64,000 nucleotides of DNA, from NCBI GenBank assembly GCA_010015585.1, contig ML975164.1; one strand, given 5' to 3'. The notes below the pieces were generated by a model. That model did not search any database, was not told the origin of the DNA, and saw nothing but the letters and a program-made list of their open reading frames with translations. Within the stretch, counting starts at the first letter, position 1, and the number at the start of each line of letters is the position of its first letter. Positions 1 through 13,262 of this stretch are shown here, piece by piece. The stretch comes from Eremomyces bilateralis CBS 781.70. Its lineage: Eukaryota. A program made the translations under genes and the position numbers.

Positions 1-2
1 TC

Positions 3-3000
3 TCAGATAAGCAGCTTGAAGTCGGACCGACTTTGGGGCAGAACACTCCTCCTGTATCGCCGCCATGCCTCTCAGCACAAGGGGACGCAACAGCCGACCC
101 CGACCCTCATCGTAAAGGACCACCTCCTCAGGAGCCCCCTGAGTCGAACTCTAAGCCCACGGACCAAAATGCAGATGATCTTCGACGCTCCTTGTCAACA
201 CGGGAAGGCGCCATCAAACCACCTCTCTCACCAGTGCAAGAAGTCTCATCGATTGATGGTCATGCGGAGCCAACACCTCCCATTGTTCCATCCAGCTCTT
301 CCAAAAACCAAGAAACCAAAAAAGGCCCACGACTTAGCAAGTCCTCGCCGCATATCGCATTCAAAGGCGAGGCGGCGAATACGGTGGTCCGACGGCCGGG
401 CCTGAACGCTCGCCCCCAGCTGGTCATTCCGGAGGACAACTCTCTGGATTCCTACGTCCCAACAGCTCCGTTCGGTTTCCCAGACACTCAGAATGACGAT
501 ACAGACGACCAGCCCAGTGCGAGCGCGCAGACTAGCGCAACCCTCGTCTCAGCGCAGTCCACTGCCCCGACGACGGCATCTCCCCCATCGTCGTCGGAAA
601 AGAAAGGGATCTCTGACACGGTGACCAGGAAGACAAGTCTCAAATCCGTGCCACCGTTGAAAGAGACTGGGACGGGGTTCATCTACTTCCCCACGCAGGA
701 GAGTCCGATCCTGCAGCAACCGTCGATATACACGGTCGAGACGACCTCCGCGGCGAAGATCTACCTCGAGACGCACTTCGATTCCATCCTGTCCGCACCG
801 ACTGCCCCTCGGACGCGGCGTCGACAGGAACTCGAACAGAAATTGCAGGCATACGGGGTGAACGACGGACAAAGAGAGAGGGCTCTACACCACCTTGCGA
901 GAGCGGAGTCGAACCATCTACGGCATGTTCGGGCCGTCAAGACCAAGTCGGCACTCCGGACGAAGACGAGGAATGCAGGTGTGGTGAGCATTGCGGGATA
1001 CGATATCATCCGTGTCCTTGGGAAAGGCAGCTTCGGTGTCGTTCGTCTAGTGCGAGAGTCCTCGGATTCTTCAACATCGGTGCCATCCGCCAAGGGGAAG
1101 TCATCCAGTCACTACCAAAGCACCTCGTCGCAACGAGCGCAATCGACTAGTACTACCGGATCAACTCCCAAACTCGCCGGCGGTCCCAGCCCGAAATCGC
1201 AGCTCTACGCGATGAAAGTCATCCGCAAATCCGACATGCTCCGCAACTGTCAAGAAGGACATCTGCGCGCCGAGCGAGACTTCCTCGTGGGCTCCGAGGA
1301 TTCCAACTGGGTTGTCCCGCTTGTTGCCGCGTTCCAAGACGATTCGCATCTGTATCTTGTCATGGAATACATGGTCGGCGGCGACTTCCTGGGGCTACTC
1401 CTCCGCGAAGACGTGCTCGACGAGCCAGTGGCACGGTGGTACATCGCGGAGATGATCCTATGCATCGAAGAGGCGCATAAGATGAAATGGATCCACCGCG
1501 ATGTGAAGCCGGATAATTTCCTCATCGACGCAAAGGGTCACATGAAGATCTCAGATTTCGGGCTCGCTTTCGATGGCCATTGGAGTCATAACCAGCAGTA
1601 TTTCAACGAGAGGCGGTATACCCTACTAGAGCGTCTGGGCATCCATGTTCGCGGCGACTCTAAGGACGAGGTGGACGAAGGGGATGGCGGGAGTGCAAAG
1701 AAGTATCATCGCGCCCTTCATCGCTCGGTGAGTACTCGTTCGTGCAGCCATCGTCGCCAGAATGAAGGAGTGCTGGACTACCTCAACCGGACCGCGAAAC
1801 GTCGCCTGGCCAAGAGCGTTGTGGGCACCAGCCAGTACATGGCGCCCGAAGTCATCCGTGGCGAAGACTACGACGGGCGCTGCGACTGGTGGAGCGTCGG
1901 CGTGATCCTGTACGAATGCCTGTACGGCTGCACCCCATTCTTCGCCGAAGACCGCGACAAGACCAAAGCGCGCATCCTACGCCACGAAGTGGAGTTGCAT
2001 TTCCCCACGCGTCCACGCCTCGCTCGACCGCAATCCCTCCGCCCCGTGCAGCTCCGCGACGTTTCCCCCTCCGCCATCGACCTCATCTACCAACTCCTTC
2101 AAGAACGCCAAATCCGCCTCTCCAGCCGCCGCTACCGCGCCAACGACGTCGTCCCCCAACCAGCCAGCTACCGTGCTTCCTCCCACCTCGGCTCCTCCAT
2201 CCGCGGCTCCTTCCGCGACAACCTCGCCTCCTTCCGCCACCAACTCCACTCCCACACCCACGGCCACTCCCCGCACCACTGGCCCTCTGCGCCCCCACCC
2301 GCCCACCTCCGCTTCCCTCCCCCGGGCCTCCCGTCCCCCAACAGTGTTACCGAGCCGCTCCTCCCCCGCGATTTTGCCTTCGACAACGACGCCGAGGACA
2401 TCAAGCGCCACCCGTTCTTCCGCGGCATCGACTGGCACCGCATACCGACGTCGCGGCCGCCGTTCGTACCGGTCGTACGCGCGGGGCAGGGCGTCGATAA
2501 GTACTTCGATAAGGAAGAGGAGATTCTGAACTCCACCTCGTCCACGGACGATTCATCGAGCGAGGAGTCGGTGAAGGGGTTCGATGACCTCGAGCCTGGC
2601 GCCGCGGATCGCAACGATGGGACCGTCGTCGGCGACGGCGCGGGCGAGCATCTGGCCGGACGGTTGATTGGGGGGGGGATAGTCGGCGGGCCGCGGATCG
2701 CGAAGAAAGGGAAGCGGAAGCGGGATCAGAAGCGCGCGCGCGACAAGTTGATCCGTGATCCGACGGTGGGCAAGCGCGTGCTCGAGCTGCGGAAGAAGGC
2801 GGCGTTCTTGGGGTACACGTATCGGCGACCGCGGTTCGCGGGGTTGGATGAGGAGGGATGGAGGGAGATGAGGGCGGATTGGAGCGTTTGTGTGGATGGG
2901 GCGGGGGAGGTGGAGAAGGAGGGCGGGGAGGAGGAGAGGGGGGGAGAGGGGAGTGCAAGGAGGAAGACGAGGGGGGTGAGGAGGTGGAGGAATGGGAAGA

Positions 3001-3041
3001 GTTTGGTTCCGAGCGGGACGGTGTTGCCGGTGACGGACTGA
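3..3041 (+). CDS. NDR/LATS-family (Cbk1/COT-1-like) AGC Ser/Thr kinase, 5'-truncated by the window edge
   Basis: Frame is open from the window edge. Motifs: GKGSFG, YAMK, HRDVKPDN, DFGL, long activation-segment insert, SVVGTSQYMAPE, CDWWSVG, and the C-terminal NDR hydrophobic motif FLGYTYRR. Confidence 0.9.
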   Translation, partial: SDKQLEVGPTLGQNTPPVSPPCLSAQGDATADPDPHRKGPPPQEPPESNSKPTDQNADDLRRSLSTREGAIKPPLSPVQEVSSIDGHAEPTPPIVPSSSSKNQETKKGPRLSKSSPHIAFKGEAANTVVRRPGLNARPQLVIPEDNSLDSYVPTAPFGFPDTQNDDTDDQPSASAQTSATLVSAQSTAPTTASPPSSSEKKGISDTVTRKTSLKSVPPLKETGTGFIYFPTQESPILQQPSIYTVETTSAAKIYLETHFDSILSAPTAPRTRRRQELEQKLQAYGVNDGQRERALHHLARAESNHLRHVRAVKTKSALRTKTRNAGVVSIAGYDIIRVLGKGSFGVVRLVRESSDSSTSVPSAKGKSSSHYQSTSSQRAQSTSTTGSTPKLAGGPSPKSQLYAMKVIRKSDMLRNCQEGHLRAERDFLVGSEDSNWVVPLVAAFQDDSHLYLVMEYMVGGDFLGLLLREDVLDEPVARWYIAEMILCIEEAHKMKWIHRDVKPDNFLIDAKGHMKISDFGLAFDGHWSHNQQYFNERRYTLLERLGIHVRGDSKDEVDEGDGGSAKKYHRALHRSVSTRSCSHRRQNEGVLDYLNRTAKRRLAKSVVGTSQYMAPEVIRGEDYDGRCDWWSVGVILYECLYGCTPFFAEDRDKTKARILRHEVELHFPTRPRLARPQSLRPVQLRDVSPSAIDLIYQLLQERQIRLSSRRYRANDVVPQPASYRASSHLGSSIRGSFRDNLASFRHQLHSHTHGHSPHHWPSAPPPAHLRFPPPGLPSPNSVTEPLLPRDFAFDNDAEDIKRHPFFRGIDWHRIPTSRPPFVPVVRAGQGVDKYFDKEEEILNSTSSTDDSSSEESVKGFDDLEPGAADRNDGTVVGDGAGEHLAGRLIGGGIVGGPRIAKKGKRKRDQKRARDKLIRDPTVGKRVLELRKKAAFLGYTYRRPRFAGLDEEGWREMRADWSVCVDGAGEVEKEGGEEERGGEGSARRKTRGVRRWRNGKSLVPSGTVLPVTD

Positions 3042-3397
3042 GGGAGGATGGACTGGTTGGAGCGCTCGGTTTGGGGTTATTGATTAATGGCGTTTTTGTT
3101 TCTTGTTTCTTGTTTCTTGCGATTCCAGAATGATACCTTTATTGCTCCTCTTTTTTGCATTTTTGGCTCTTCTACATCGTGATGGCTCGGGGATTGGTGT
3201 CGATTGTATTCCAGCTCGCGGGATTCCACGTACATGTTCCGCCATGGCGCCCTTCATTCCACACCCGATCCAAGCTGATCTCACTCTCAATCGATGGAGC
3301 AGGAAATGTCCTCTTGATAACTCATGATCTTCATCCCCCCGAATTCAGATCCCCAGCCCAAACGTGATATCGTCTCGTCGTCCCACCGTCCGTTCGT

Positions 3398-3997
3398 TCA
3401 CCCGGCCGACTCTCCCTTCCGCTCCGCATTCGCATCGAATCCCAGCGCGTCCAACTGCCGCACCAGCTCCTGGATCTTGATCACCTTCGCCACCTGCTCC
3501 GGCAGCAGCGAATCCCCCTGGTCTTTCTTCGCGCGCAGCTCCCGCGCCTGTCGCAGCTTCTTCGCGATCTTCCGCGCCTCTTTCTCCTTCGCGTCCGCCG
3601 CACTCGGTTCCGGCGCCGTCGCCGTCTCCCCGCTCCCCGCTACCACAACCGGCTCGGTCGTCGCCGTCGCCGTCGCCGTGTCCTCGCCGCCCGCATCACT
3701 CCCCCCCGCCGCAGCAGCTGCCTTCCTTCTCTCCCTCCTTTTCGCATTCTTTCCGGCCTTCCCCTCCCGCTCCGCGCCCACCGCCTCGGCGCCGGGGACG
3801 CCTCCGGCGTAGCGATTCTTCCAGGCCTCAGCGGTGCGGTTCTTGTACACTTCGACGTCCTCCGGGGGGCGGTAGCCGGGGCGGACTTTGATTTCTTTGC
3901 GGACGGTGCCGTCCGGGCGGACGGAGGAGGGGATGACGCTGGTACCGGCGCGGTCGGTGGTGATGCCGGATTTGGAGGGGTTCGTGGGAGGTGGCAT
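3398..3997 (-). CDS. PYM1: Partner of Y14 and Mago (WIBG/PYM family), exon-junction-complex disassembly factor
   Basis: N-terminal Mago-binding signature SVRPDGTVRKEIKVRPGYRPPEDV; C-terminal KKLRQ...LLPEQVAKV helix; single exon. Confidence 0.9.
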   Translation of the reverse strand: MPPPTNPSKSGITTDRAGTSVIPSSVRPDGTVRKEIKVRPGYRPPEDVEVYKNRTAEAWKNRYAGGVPGAEAVGAEREGKAGKNAKRRERRKAAAAAGGSDAGGEDTATATATTEPVVVAGSGETATAPEPSAADAKEKEARKIAKKLRQARELRAKKDQGDSLLPEQVAKVIKIQELVRQLDALGFDANAERKGESAG

Positions 3998-5912
3998 TTT
4001 GGATTTGGTGGTCGGAGGGATGGCAATGCGGATTGTAGAGGGTGTTTAGAGAGGATGGGTGGAGGTGAGATGCGCTTGAAGGGTTGAGGGCGCGGTGTGG
4101 GATATCAATGATGGTTGGTGCGGGATATATGGATGATAGAGGTCTACGGTTGATGAAGGATTGGAAAGAAATGGTAGATTTATGGCAATCAGCTCATAGG
4201 AAGAAGATCATCATCGTCTCAGGACATTTGAACGTTCCATGGAGACATTCCTCATTCCTGTGCGGGCTATCGGGTTATCTATCGATAATCATGTGTTGGA
4301 CGAATGTTTCCGGTTTGTCGCCAGCGGAAGATTGGTGAAGGGAGAAAAGTTTATGCCTGATGATCAATATTTAATGCCTGAGGCAAAAACAATCCTTCAC
4401 GCTCAGACCATCTTCAAACCTTCGATGATGGATCCTCGAACCCGATGAACCTCGCTTCTTGAAGTCTGAAGTTGGATCTTTCTCTCCTCCACGTGAACCA
4501 GCAGAATCGACATCTCCTTAACCCATCGGTCCGTTGCCATTGAATTGAGGGAGTTCCTCGAGATAACCTCCGTTGTCGGAATCCAGGCGCAGTCAATCCA
4601 TCACAATGGCAGTGAGTTGTTCCGGTATAACCCATTGAAGTGGTTCCACGAACTAATTGTCCTTTCCCAGCTCTCCCAAACCCTTTATAAGTATGGGCTT
4701 ACCGAATCCGCAATGGCCGAGTATCTAACCGACGGTACAGCACCTTCTTCCGAAGCAACGCAACGATGCTGGGCCTTGTTTTCGGCACCGCCTTCGGTGG
4801 CTCGCTGTAAGGCTTGCAACTCCCCATAGGCGAACCTATCTAACATCATCCATCAGACTTTTCAACGGCACATCAGACCGTATCTGGGACAGCATAAACC
4901 AGGGCGTATGTACTCTCCCTTTGACTTGAATGCGACTTGATCGTGCGGACGACTGACTCCATCCCAGCGGCAATGGAAAGACATCAAGCACAAGTATGTG
5001 GATGCGGCGGAGGAGTAGCGACATACTCGACCATGATCAGCGACGAAATTGGAGCGGAGGAGGGGTGGCAAGAGCTATAGATTGTGTATATCTGTGTACT
5101 CTATAGACGAACTCGAAGTTCAACCACATTTCGCTCGACGGACCCATATTGTGCAACATAGGGCCTTGCCCACGTTCTTGGGCGTGGTTCCATCTCCATT
5201 TGGTGTCTTTCAATGCCACCTCGATCGAATATGTGACCTGGATTCTGTCGCTAGGTGACATCCTCCGCTGCCGACGGGATTCTCAGCAAGGAAGCTGAGA
5301 ACCACGATAACGGAGATGGTGAACGCCACACTAGGCTCTCCAAGTCGCTTCGGATAAGAAATGGGCAATCATTGCTCCATGTTCACATGCCTTGCGTACT
5401 AGGTAGGAGATGAATATCAGATATCAAATAGTGAGGGATGTCGCAAGTGATTGAGTGGCTAACATCAATGTGAAGATGGACACAAGAGTACATGTAAATT
5501 CGCCGAGGACTCCATAGTTAGCCCAGTAACACCAAGGCATGTAATGTTCAGGAATCTAAAATTCTTCGGACAATAGATTATCTGGTCCGAAATCAGGGTG
5601 AATATGGCTTGACTTGGACAGAACTAATTACCTCCTCACCACCGTATAAATCAAATCGAATCGAAGCCCGACTGCCTGAAACATCTACTGTACCGTACAG
5701 CGCAACCTGACAAGCCCAGCCCCACGCCTGACGCCTGAGACGCCGAACGCCACTTTCTTCGACATCATCCATCACCCTGACATAACCACTCATAAAAACA
5801 TTGTAATATTGGACAACTACTCCGCCTTTCAACCGATTCAAAGATTGTCCTTGAAATCTCCCATATTCCCATGGAGCCCGTCACACACGGTTGAACTTTA
5901 CAGGTGGTCGAT

Positions 5913-8900
5913 ATGTCGTCCTCGGACGCTGAGAATCGGCTCTACCGCAGCCTGGGGCAACTTCCCGCGGCCCACGACAACCGATACTGCGAATCTGCAA
6001 CGCAGCAACTCTTGGAGATACTATTCAGATCCTTAGCCGGCGACGATCCAAACTATCTTGGCTACTTCTTCCCTCCGACATCCAATCCCGCCGCCCTCAA
6101 ATGGAGTTTAAGAGCAGCACAGGGCGCCGTGGAAGGCGCGGAATACACGGAGGCCGCGCGCGGAACCGCCTGCGGACACATCTTCAAGGCCGGAGAAGCG
6201 TCATATCGGTGCAAGACGTGCACGAATGACGACACTTGCGTGCTATGCGCCAAATGCTTTGAAGCTTCCGATCACGAAGGACATATCGTGTATGTCTCTA
6301 TCTCACCAGGCAACTCTGGCTGCTGCGACTGCGGAGACGACGAAGCCTGGATTCACGCACCGCTCTGCAACATACACTCCCCGCTCCCAAACAGCGCTCC
6401 CGGTGCGAAGGCGGCAGGTAAGGCCAAGGAGTCGTCGGATTTACCGCCGTCCGTGGTAGAGGGGATACGCAGGACCATTGCGATCGCCTTCGACTACCTT
6501 TGCGATGTATTTTCATGCTCCCCGGAACAACTACGGCTACCTAAGACGCTTGAGACCGTTCAGACCGACGAGGTCCAGTCACGACTTTCCTCCCGATGGT
6601 TCCCCGACGTTCCTGGATGGAGCCCGAGCTACGAGGCATGCAACGAGTTCGCGCTGGTCTTGTGGAATGACGAGAAACACACAGTGGAAGACGTCAAAGA
6701 GCAGGTGGCGCGAGCTTGCAAGGTTTCCAAAAAAATCAGTTACGAGAAGGCGCTGGAAATCGATGACGTCGGCCGAAGCGTGATCATACATTCCTACGAA
6801 CTCAAGGACCTTCTCCGGATGGCGTCGATTATCGAGGAGATCAAACTCACCGTCACCGTACGATCGGCGAGAGACACGTTTCGCGAGCAGATGTGCGAGT
6901 TCATCATCAAGTGGATTTGCGATATCGCGGGCTGCAGCGCTGGGAATGACGCTCATATCCTCCGGAATACCATATGTGAAGAGCTATTAAAGCCATGGAG
7001 AACAGGAAGTAAGGCACATCACGCATATATTGGAAAAGATGGGATCGATGATCACGCAAGCGAAGACAACCTAGAAGAAGAGCTTCGAGGTGGCTATGCA
7101 TCTCGAGCACGCATTGTTAGGATGGCACAGCAGTTAACTAGAACAGGGCAGGGCCACGTCATCCAAATCGCGGGCGGCGCACAAATCATCCTCGGAGAAG
7201 CGCATGGCCTGCTCGAAGAGTTGGAGGCCGAGAACGAAGACCGAATGGACGTGGACCAAGCCGATACCGGAGAACGAGAAAGCGATATCGATGTCGATAC
7301 ATCGGATGGACTCGAAGACCCGTCGAGGACAGTTGGACCGGTCGATTCAGTCGTGCATCCAGCCAGACGGGGCTCTGCACTCCCTTCGATGACGCCGAAT
7401 CCCCGAAGAGGGAGAACATCCAGTGTTCCGATGCCACTTGATGTCCCAAAGACGCCCAGGCCGGTACATGCCAGCGGTGGGAAGCCAATGCCTCCTTCAT
7501 ACTGGCTGGAGAAACCAGCTGGCTACGGGCGGCAACCCGAAGTCCCTATTGAGGAAGACCTCTGGCAGAGAGTTCGGTTGGATTACTTGATCCTCTACGA
7601 TTTGCGGATGTGGAAGAACTGCCGGATCGACGTGCGAGATGTCTTCATTAGCACCGTGGTCACCCTTCCTTATTTCAAGCGGTTGATGGGTCTTCGATTT
7701 GCCGGACTCTACACCCTCCTTGCGCAGCTCTACCTGATTGCGGATCGCGAACCCGATCATTCGATCATCAATTTATCACTGCAGATGCTCACCACCCCGT
7801 CCATCACCGCGGAAATTGTCGACCGAGGCAATTTCTTATCGAACCTGATGGCAATCCTCTACACGTTCATCACTACCCGACAAGTTGGATATCCATCCGA
7901 TGTGGACCCCAACGCTATTCTTTCGCTGGAGCAAGGCACCGTCACGAATCGCCGGATCTACCACTTCTTCATGGACATGAAGTACATGATGAACTCTAGC
8001 CTGGTTCAGAGCCTCATCCGAGACAATCCGCAGTATTTACTGCAATTTTTGGATCTCGTCAAACTCCATCAGGGAATCGTCCCCAATGTCCGAGCGCTGG
8101 GAGAGCATGTCGAATTCGAACCGGAGACGTGGATCAGCGCGTCCATCATCACGAGAGAGATGAACCGGCTGTGCCGTCAATTCGCTGAATCCTTCTGCTG
8201 GAGACCGGGCGGTGACAAGGGACCGATCCGCCGCGCGATCCGAGAGACGGCCAAGGTTGTGATCATCAATTCGATAGGAGCGGAGCGAGCGCGGTTCGTC
8301 CAGTCCGAGATCACCAGTCCCGTGCGCTTTGACGTCTTCCCTCTCTCCGAGTTCCATCTCCAATACGACTCCGACAACCCCGTCGGCTTTCGAGTCGTAC
8401 AGTACGATGTCGGTAAAGAGCCGATGAGTTTCCATCATGCTCTACACTACACGTTCTCCTGGCTCGTCGACCGCGCCAAATGCATGGACAACGAGGAATT
8501 CCGTGCGTGGATCGATTTCACCGCGCAAGACCTCCGCGCGGCGCCCTCACCTCCGAACGCGAATATCCCGGATTTTGTCCCGCATGACTATCTCCTGGCC
8601 ATGTTCGACTTCCCACTGCGCGTCTGCGCATGGTTGGCGCAAATGAAAGCCAACATGTGGGTGCGCAACGGCGTGACGCTCCGCCATCAAATGCAGACCT
8701 ACCGAGGCCACACGCAGCGAGACTTGGCGTATCTCCGAGATATCTTCTTATTACAGCTCGCGCTCGTCGTCTGCGATCCGCAGATGTTCCTCGCGACCAT
8801 GGTCGATCGATTCGACCTTCGTGACTGGGCCATGGGGAATTTCGGGACGATCAAACCCGATCGCGACGAGCTCCAGATGCTGGAGATGGCCGAGGAATTC

Positions 8901-11900
8901 GTTCACCTGCTCATCGTGCTGTTGATCGAGAGGACGTTCCTTCTTCCCATTGAGAATCCGAAGGAATCCCACGTCATGGGAATGCGCCGTGACATTGCGC
9001 ACATTCTCCTCTTCCGACCCTTGTCGCATTCGGACATCACGCAACGCATGTCCGAGAAGGTCCAGGACTCCGACGAGTTGGCGGACTTGCTCGACCAGAT
9101 GACTCAATATAAAGCCCCCGAAGGAGTGTCGGATGTCGGAACCTTCGAGCTCAAGAAAGAATTCATCGCTAAAATCGATCCGTACATTCCACAATACACC
9201 CGCAATCAGCGGGAAGAAGCCGAGAATATCTACAAGCGGTACATGGCGGAGAAGACTGGTACACCGGTCGAGGAAGTCGTATACGAGCCCAATCTCCTGC
9301 CTTTGGAATCTGGCATCTTCAAAAACCTAGCGCACTTCACGAAAACCCCCATATTCATTCAGATCATCTTCTACTTCCTGGAGCTATCGCTGGTGTACAA
9401 GGTCGAGATGACGAACATTTCGGCGGCGAAGATGGAGGTATTCCTCCAATTCGTACTCACGTTGATCCTCATTGCTGTCAACGAGGACCACGACGGAAAT
9501 GGATTCGTGGTTCCTGCATTGTATGCGTACTCCGAGTATTCCGACTATCGCCCGGATACCAAGATCATCTCGGCATTGCAATCGATCCTGGCGTCGAAAC
9601 GGTACGAGGCGTGTGCTCCCAAAATTCGGCTGATTTTGAAGCGGATGAAGGAGAAGAAGCCAGAGGAGTATGCGGAGTGTTTGGAATCCCTCGGCTTGTC
9701 GTCGCCGCTTTTGGACCCCTCCGAGCTTCACCAAAATTCGGGCGAGGCCGACAAGGAATTGAAGAAGAAGCAAGCCCTCGAACGCCAGGCGAAAATCATG
9801 GCGCAATTCAAACAGCAGCAGAACAGCTTCGTTCAAAATCAGACCTTCGATTGGGGAGAAGAAGATTTCAGCGACCTGGACGACGATTTCGAGAAGGTGG
9901 AAGCGGAGGAGACGGAGGAGGTTCGAAAATTCCCCACCGGTACATGCATCATGTGCCAAGAGGAGACCAACAGCGACCGCCTCTACGGAACCTTCTCGTT
10001 CATCTCCGAAAGCAGCATCCTACGTCAGACGCCCGCGTTGGATATGGACTGGATCGAGGAAGTCCGCGATACGCCCATCAGCTTGGATCGGTCCGCGGAG
10101 AGCATCCGCCCGTTCGGCGTTGCCGGCAAAAACCGCCGCACCGTCGAGAAATTTGACGCCGACGGGAACGTCACGATCACGGAGCGGCAGGAATTGGCGA
10201 AAGGGTTCCCATCGAACTATACCCGCCGTGGGCCAGTCGCGACAGGTTGTGGCCACCTGATGCATTGGACATGTTTTGAAGATTACTTCCAGGCGACCCA
10301 TCGGAGACACCTGAGCCAGGTCGCACGGCTCCATCCGGAACGGCTGGATCTGGGGGAATTCGAATGTCCGCTCTGCAAGGCGTTGGGAAATGCGTTCCTT
10401 CCCATCATTTGGAAGGCGCAGAAGGTGACGCAGGTGGGACAGGATTCCACCGATCTAAACGATTGGGTTGTGAATGCACTTCCGCAGTACCTGGCAAGGG
10501 GCTTCCGGGAGGAAGAGACCACGCTCACCAAGAAGCTGGATACGGTGTCCAAGGCATTGCAGCAAGAGGACACCTTCATCAAATACGGGTCTCAGGAGTT
10601 TGCCGGTCCAGTGTCCTCAAGGTTGGCAGATTATAGCACCTACACCGGCCCGATCGTGCAGCAAATCGCGTTACCCGATCCTACCACCGGACAACTCTCG
10701 CATGCATTCCATATCCTCTCCCCCACGCCTTCTGGTCCGTTGGACGCTCTGAGAAGCGTTCCCGTGTATCCGCTGCTGGAGCTCAATCGGGCATATATCC
10801 GACTCAACACCACGTTGCGGTTAAACAACATCCCTTCTCGATATGCGCTGCACTCCATGCGGCCGACGGAGGCCCTTCCAAACACCGATGCGCTCATGCG
10901 CGCTGTGGGATTCTCCATTTCCGCTGCGGAAATCGCTCAACGAGGCGTGGAGTCGAGTCCGGGAGCGACACTACTCGAGAAGGTACCCGAGCAGACGTTG
11001 ATACACTTACGCATCGTGTCGGAAACCGTCAAATCCTACATTTCGCTCGGCTGCATCCGCAGCGAGACGTCGCCCATCACCAGCAAGGAGTACACGCAGA
11101 CCGTGTTTCGACAACTCCAACTCCTCTTCCCTGCACGGCCAGAACTCGGGAACGATGTCCCCGCCACACGAGGCCTTGACACCCTCTTGGGCCAGGATCC
11201 ATTCATCTTCCTCACCGAATGCGCTTTTGGTATCGTCCCCGCACTGAACATCGATCTGCGTGTCGTTATGCGATTATGCTATCTCGCGGAAATGGTTCGA
11301 GTCATCCTCGCCTTCATGCACCGAACCGTGCTGCCGAAGCATCATGTCCAGTTCTCGGATTCGCAACGGTGGACGAAGCAACCGACCAGGCCCGCTGAAG
11401 CGCGCAGTTTCCTCAAGTTCTATAAGATTGTTTCGAAAGCGCTGTTTCCGACCGGTCCGGCGCCGTCGGACTGGGATCTATCGTCTGTCGAGGGTATGAC
11501 GCCATTCATCTACTCCATGATGGCGACATACATGCTCCCGTTCTTGCGGAAGTGCATGATCCTCATGAATGTCAAATTCGCCACGGAATTCCCAATCGTG
11601 GATTCAGGTGCGGACGAGCCGGAGCTGACAAGGCTAGAGAGAGCGCTCAATTTCCCGAGCATGTATGAAATCACCCTGGATGTCATCGGCAACTCGGAGA
11701 ACCCAACCCATAGCGACGAGCCTCTGTATGGGATCGTTCGTAGCTGGATCAAGCATTACCATGAGGAGTGGGCGGATAAGGTTATCCCGGTGGCGCCCGC
11801 CCCTTATCCCAAACCATCGCCGGTCATCCTCGCTCACCCTGCCATTTTCGAACTCATCGGTCTTCCTCGGATCTACGATACCTTGACCGTCGAGGCATTT

Positions 11901-12407
11901 AAGCGGAACTGTCCCACCACTGGACGATACATGACCGACCCGGTCGTGTGCCTGCTCTGTGGCGAGATATTCTGCAGTCAGGCCGTCTGCTGTCTGTCTG
12001 AGCGGAAGCCCGGATCCCGTGAGCGCCGTGGCGGATGCAACCAGCACCAAATCAAGTAAGTTTAACACCCCGAGCAATCCCACCATCCATCCAGCCGCTA
12101 ACCCCCGTTCTTCGCTAGGTGCGGCGGCACCACCGGCATGTACATCAACATCCGTAAAGGCATGGTGATCCTCCTCAGCACGCAGCCCGAGCAGCAGGGC
12201 ATGTCGATGGGCTCCTGGGCAAACGCGCCGTATCTCGACAAGCACGGGGAAGCGGACCCGACCCTCCGCCGCCATCATCAGCTGTTCCTCAATCAGAAGC
12301 GATACGACGTGCTGTTCCGCCAGCTGTGGCTGAACCACGGGATCGCGAGCGCGATCGCGAGGAAGTTGGACTCGGAAAATAGCAATGGGGGTTGGGAGAC
12401 CACGTGA
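5913..12407 (+). CDS. UBR1: N-end-rule E3 ubiquitin ligase UBR1; exons 5913-12055 and 12119-12407
   Basis: UBR-box zinc finger (CGHIFKAGEASYRCKTC...GCCDCGD), ClpS-like LWNDEKHT, split RING (CIMCQEE...CGHLMHWTC...FECPLC), C-terminal PYLDKHGEAD. The GTAAGT...GCTAAC...TAG intron at 12056-12118 restores the frame. Confidence 0.95.
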
Positions 12408-13167
12408 GGCTGATGGGGAGGAGGAGCTACACCGTTGAGGAAACAATCCGTATGCATACCCGGATGGTTGGATGGCATTGGGATACCTACCGGGACGGGA
12501 TTCTACGACACGGCGAGACGTTTAGGATGCGGTGAATGGGTCTGATCCTTAGCGATGGTATTACGATCCATGATTTGTATAATAGATAATTCAACAATCT
12601 TCAGATTACCTTGGGTGTCCCAGGCCGCTGAGGGCTATCCTTCGGTAGGTACCAGTAGCAATAGGAGAAGGTTGCCGATTGGGGTGTCGTTTTTGCCACA
12701 CTTCCTCTGTAGAATATGACCGAGGTTCATCAATGTCCTCGTGGGGAGGAGCGTAGCTGGGGCTACAACAAATGCTTCGAGATTCTCTATCTCAGTATTC
12801 ATATCAGTAGTTGGGATCATAAATGGATCATAAATGAAGACTACGATATGCTAATCATTCCCTAGTATATTAGAAGAATAAACTGCGCGAGGGGTGAGAA
12901 AAAAGGAGAAGGATACAACCATAGACTAGTTAGACCAGAGTCAATTATTATCAAAGTCGCGACCATTTTTTAGTAAATCTGTGACGTTGATAGAGAGGAA
13001 TCGTCGATTAGGTAATGCTTGAACACATTAATGCCTGAGGTGCCAAGTACACAACACAAATCAAAATTTTGAAAACACACCAACATCGAAATTCTCAGCT
13101 ACCTCCTTCACCACATCAAAAATCAATATAAAAACAAAAAATATACGCTCAATATTGAGCTTCATAA

Positions 13168-13262
13168 TGGACTAACAGCGAATTGAACACTGGACCTCCC
13201 CCATTCGCGCTCGCTCGAAGCGAGTATGCTAAGGGGGCGCTCTACCACTGAGCCACAAGCCC
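13168..13262 (-). tRNA. tRNA-Ala(AGC) with a 23-nt intron (13204-13226)
   Basis: Minus strand folds as GGGCTTG-TG-GCTC AGTGGTA GAGC-G-CCCCC TT AGC A[intron]T GGGGG-AGGTC-CAGTG TTCAATT CGCTG-TTAGTCC-A. G3:U70 Ala identity pair; intron at the canonical 37/38 position; T-runs about 25 nt downstream. Confidence 0.85.
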
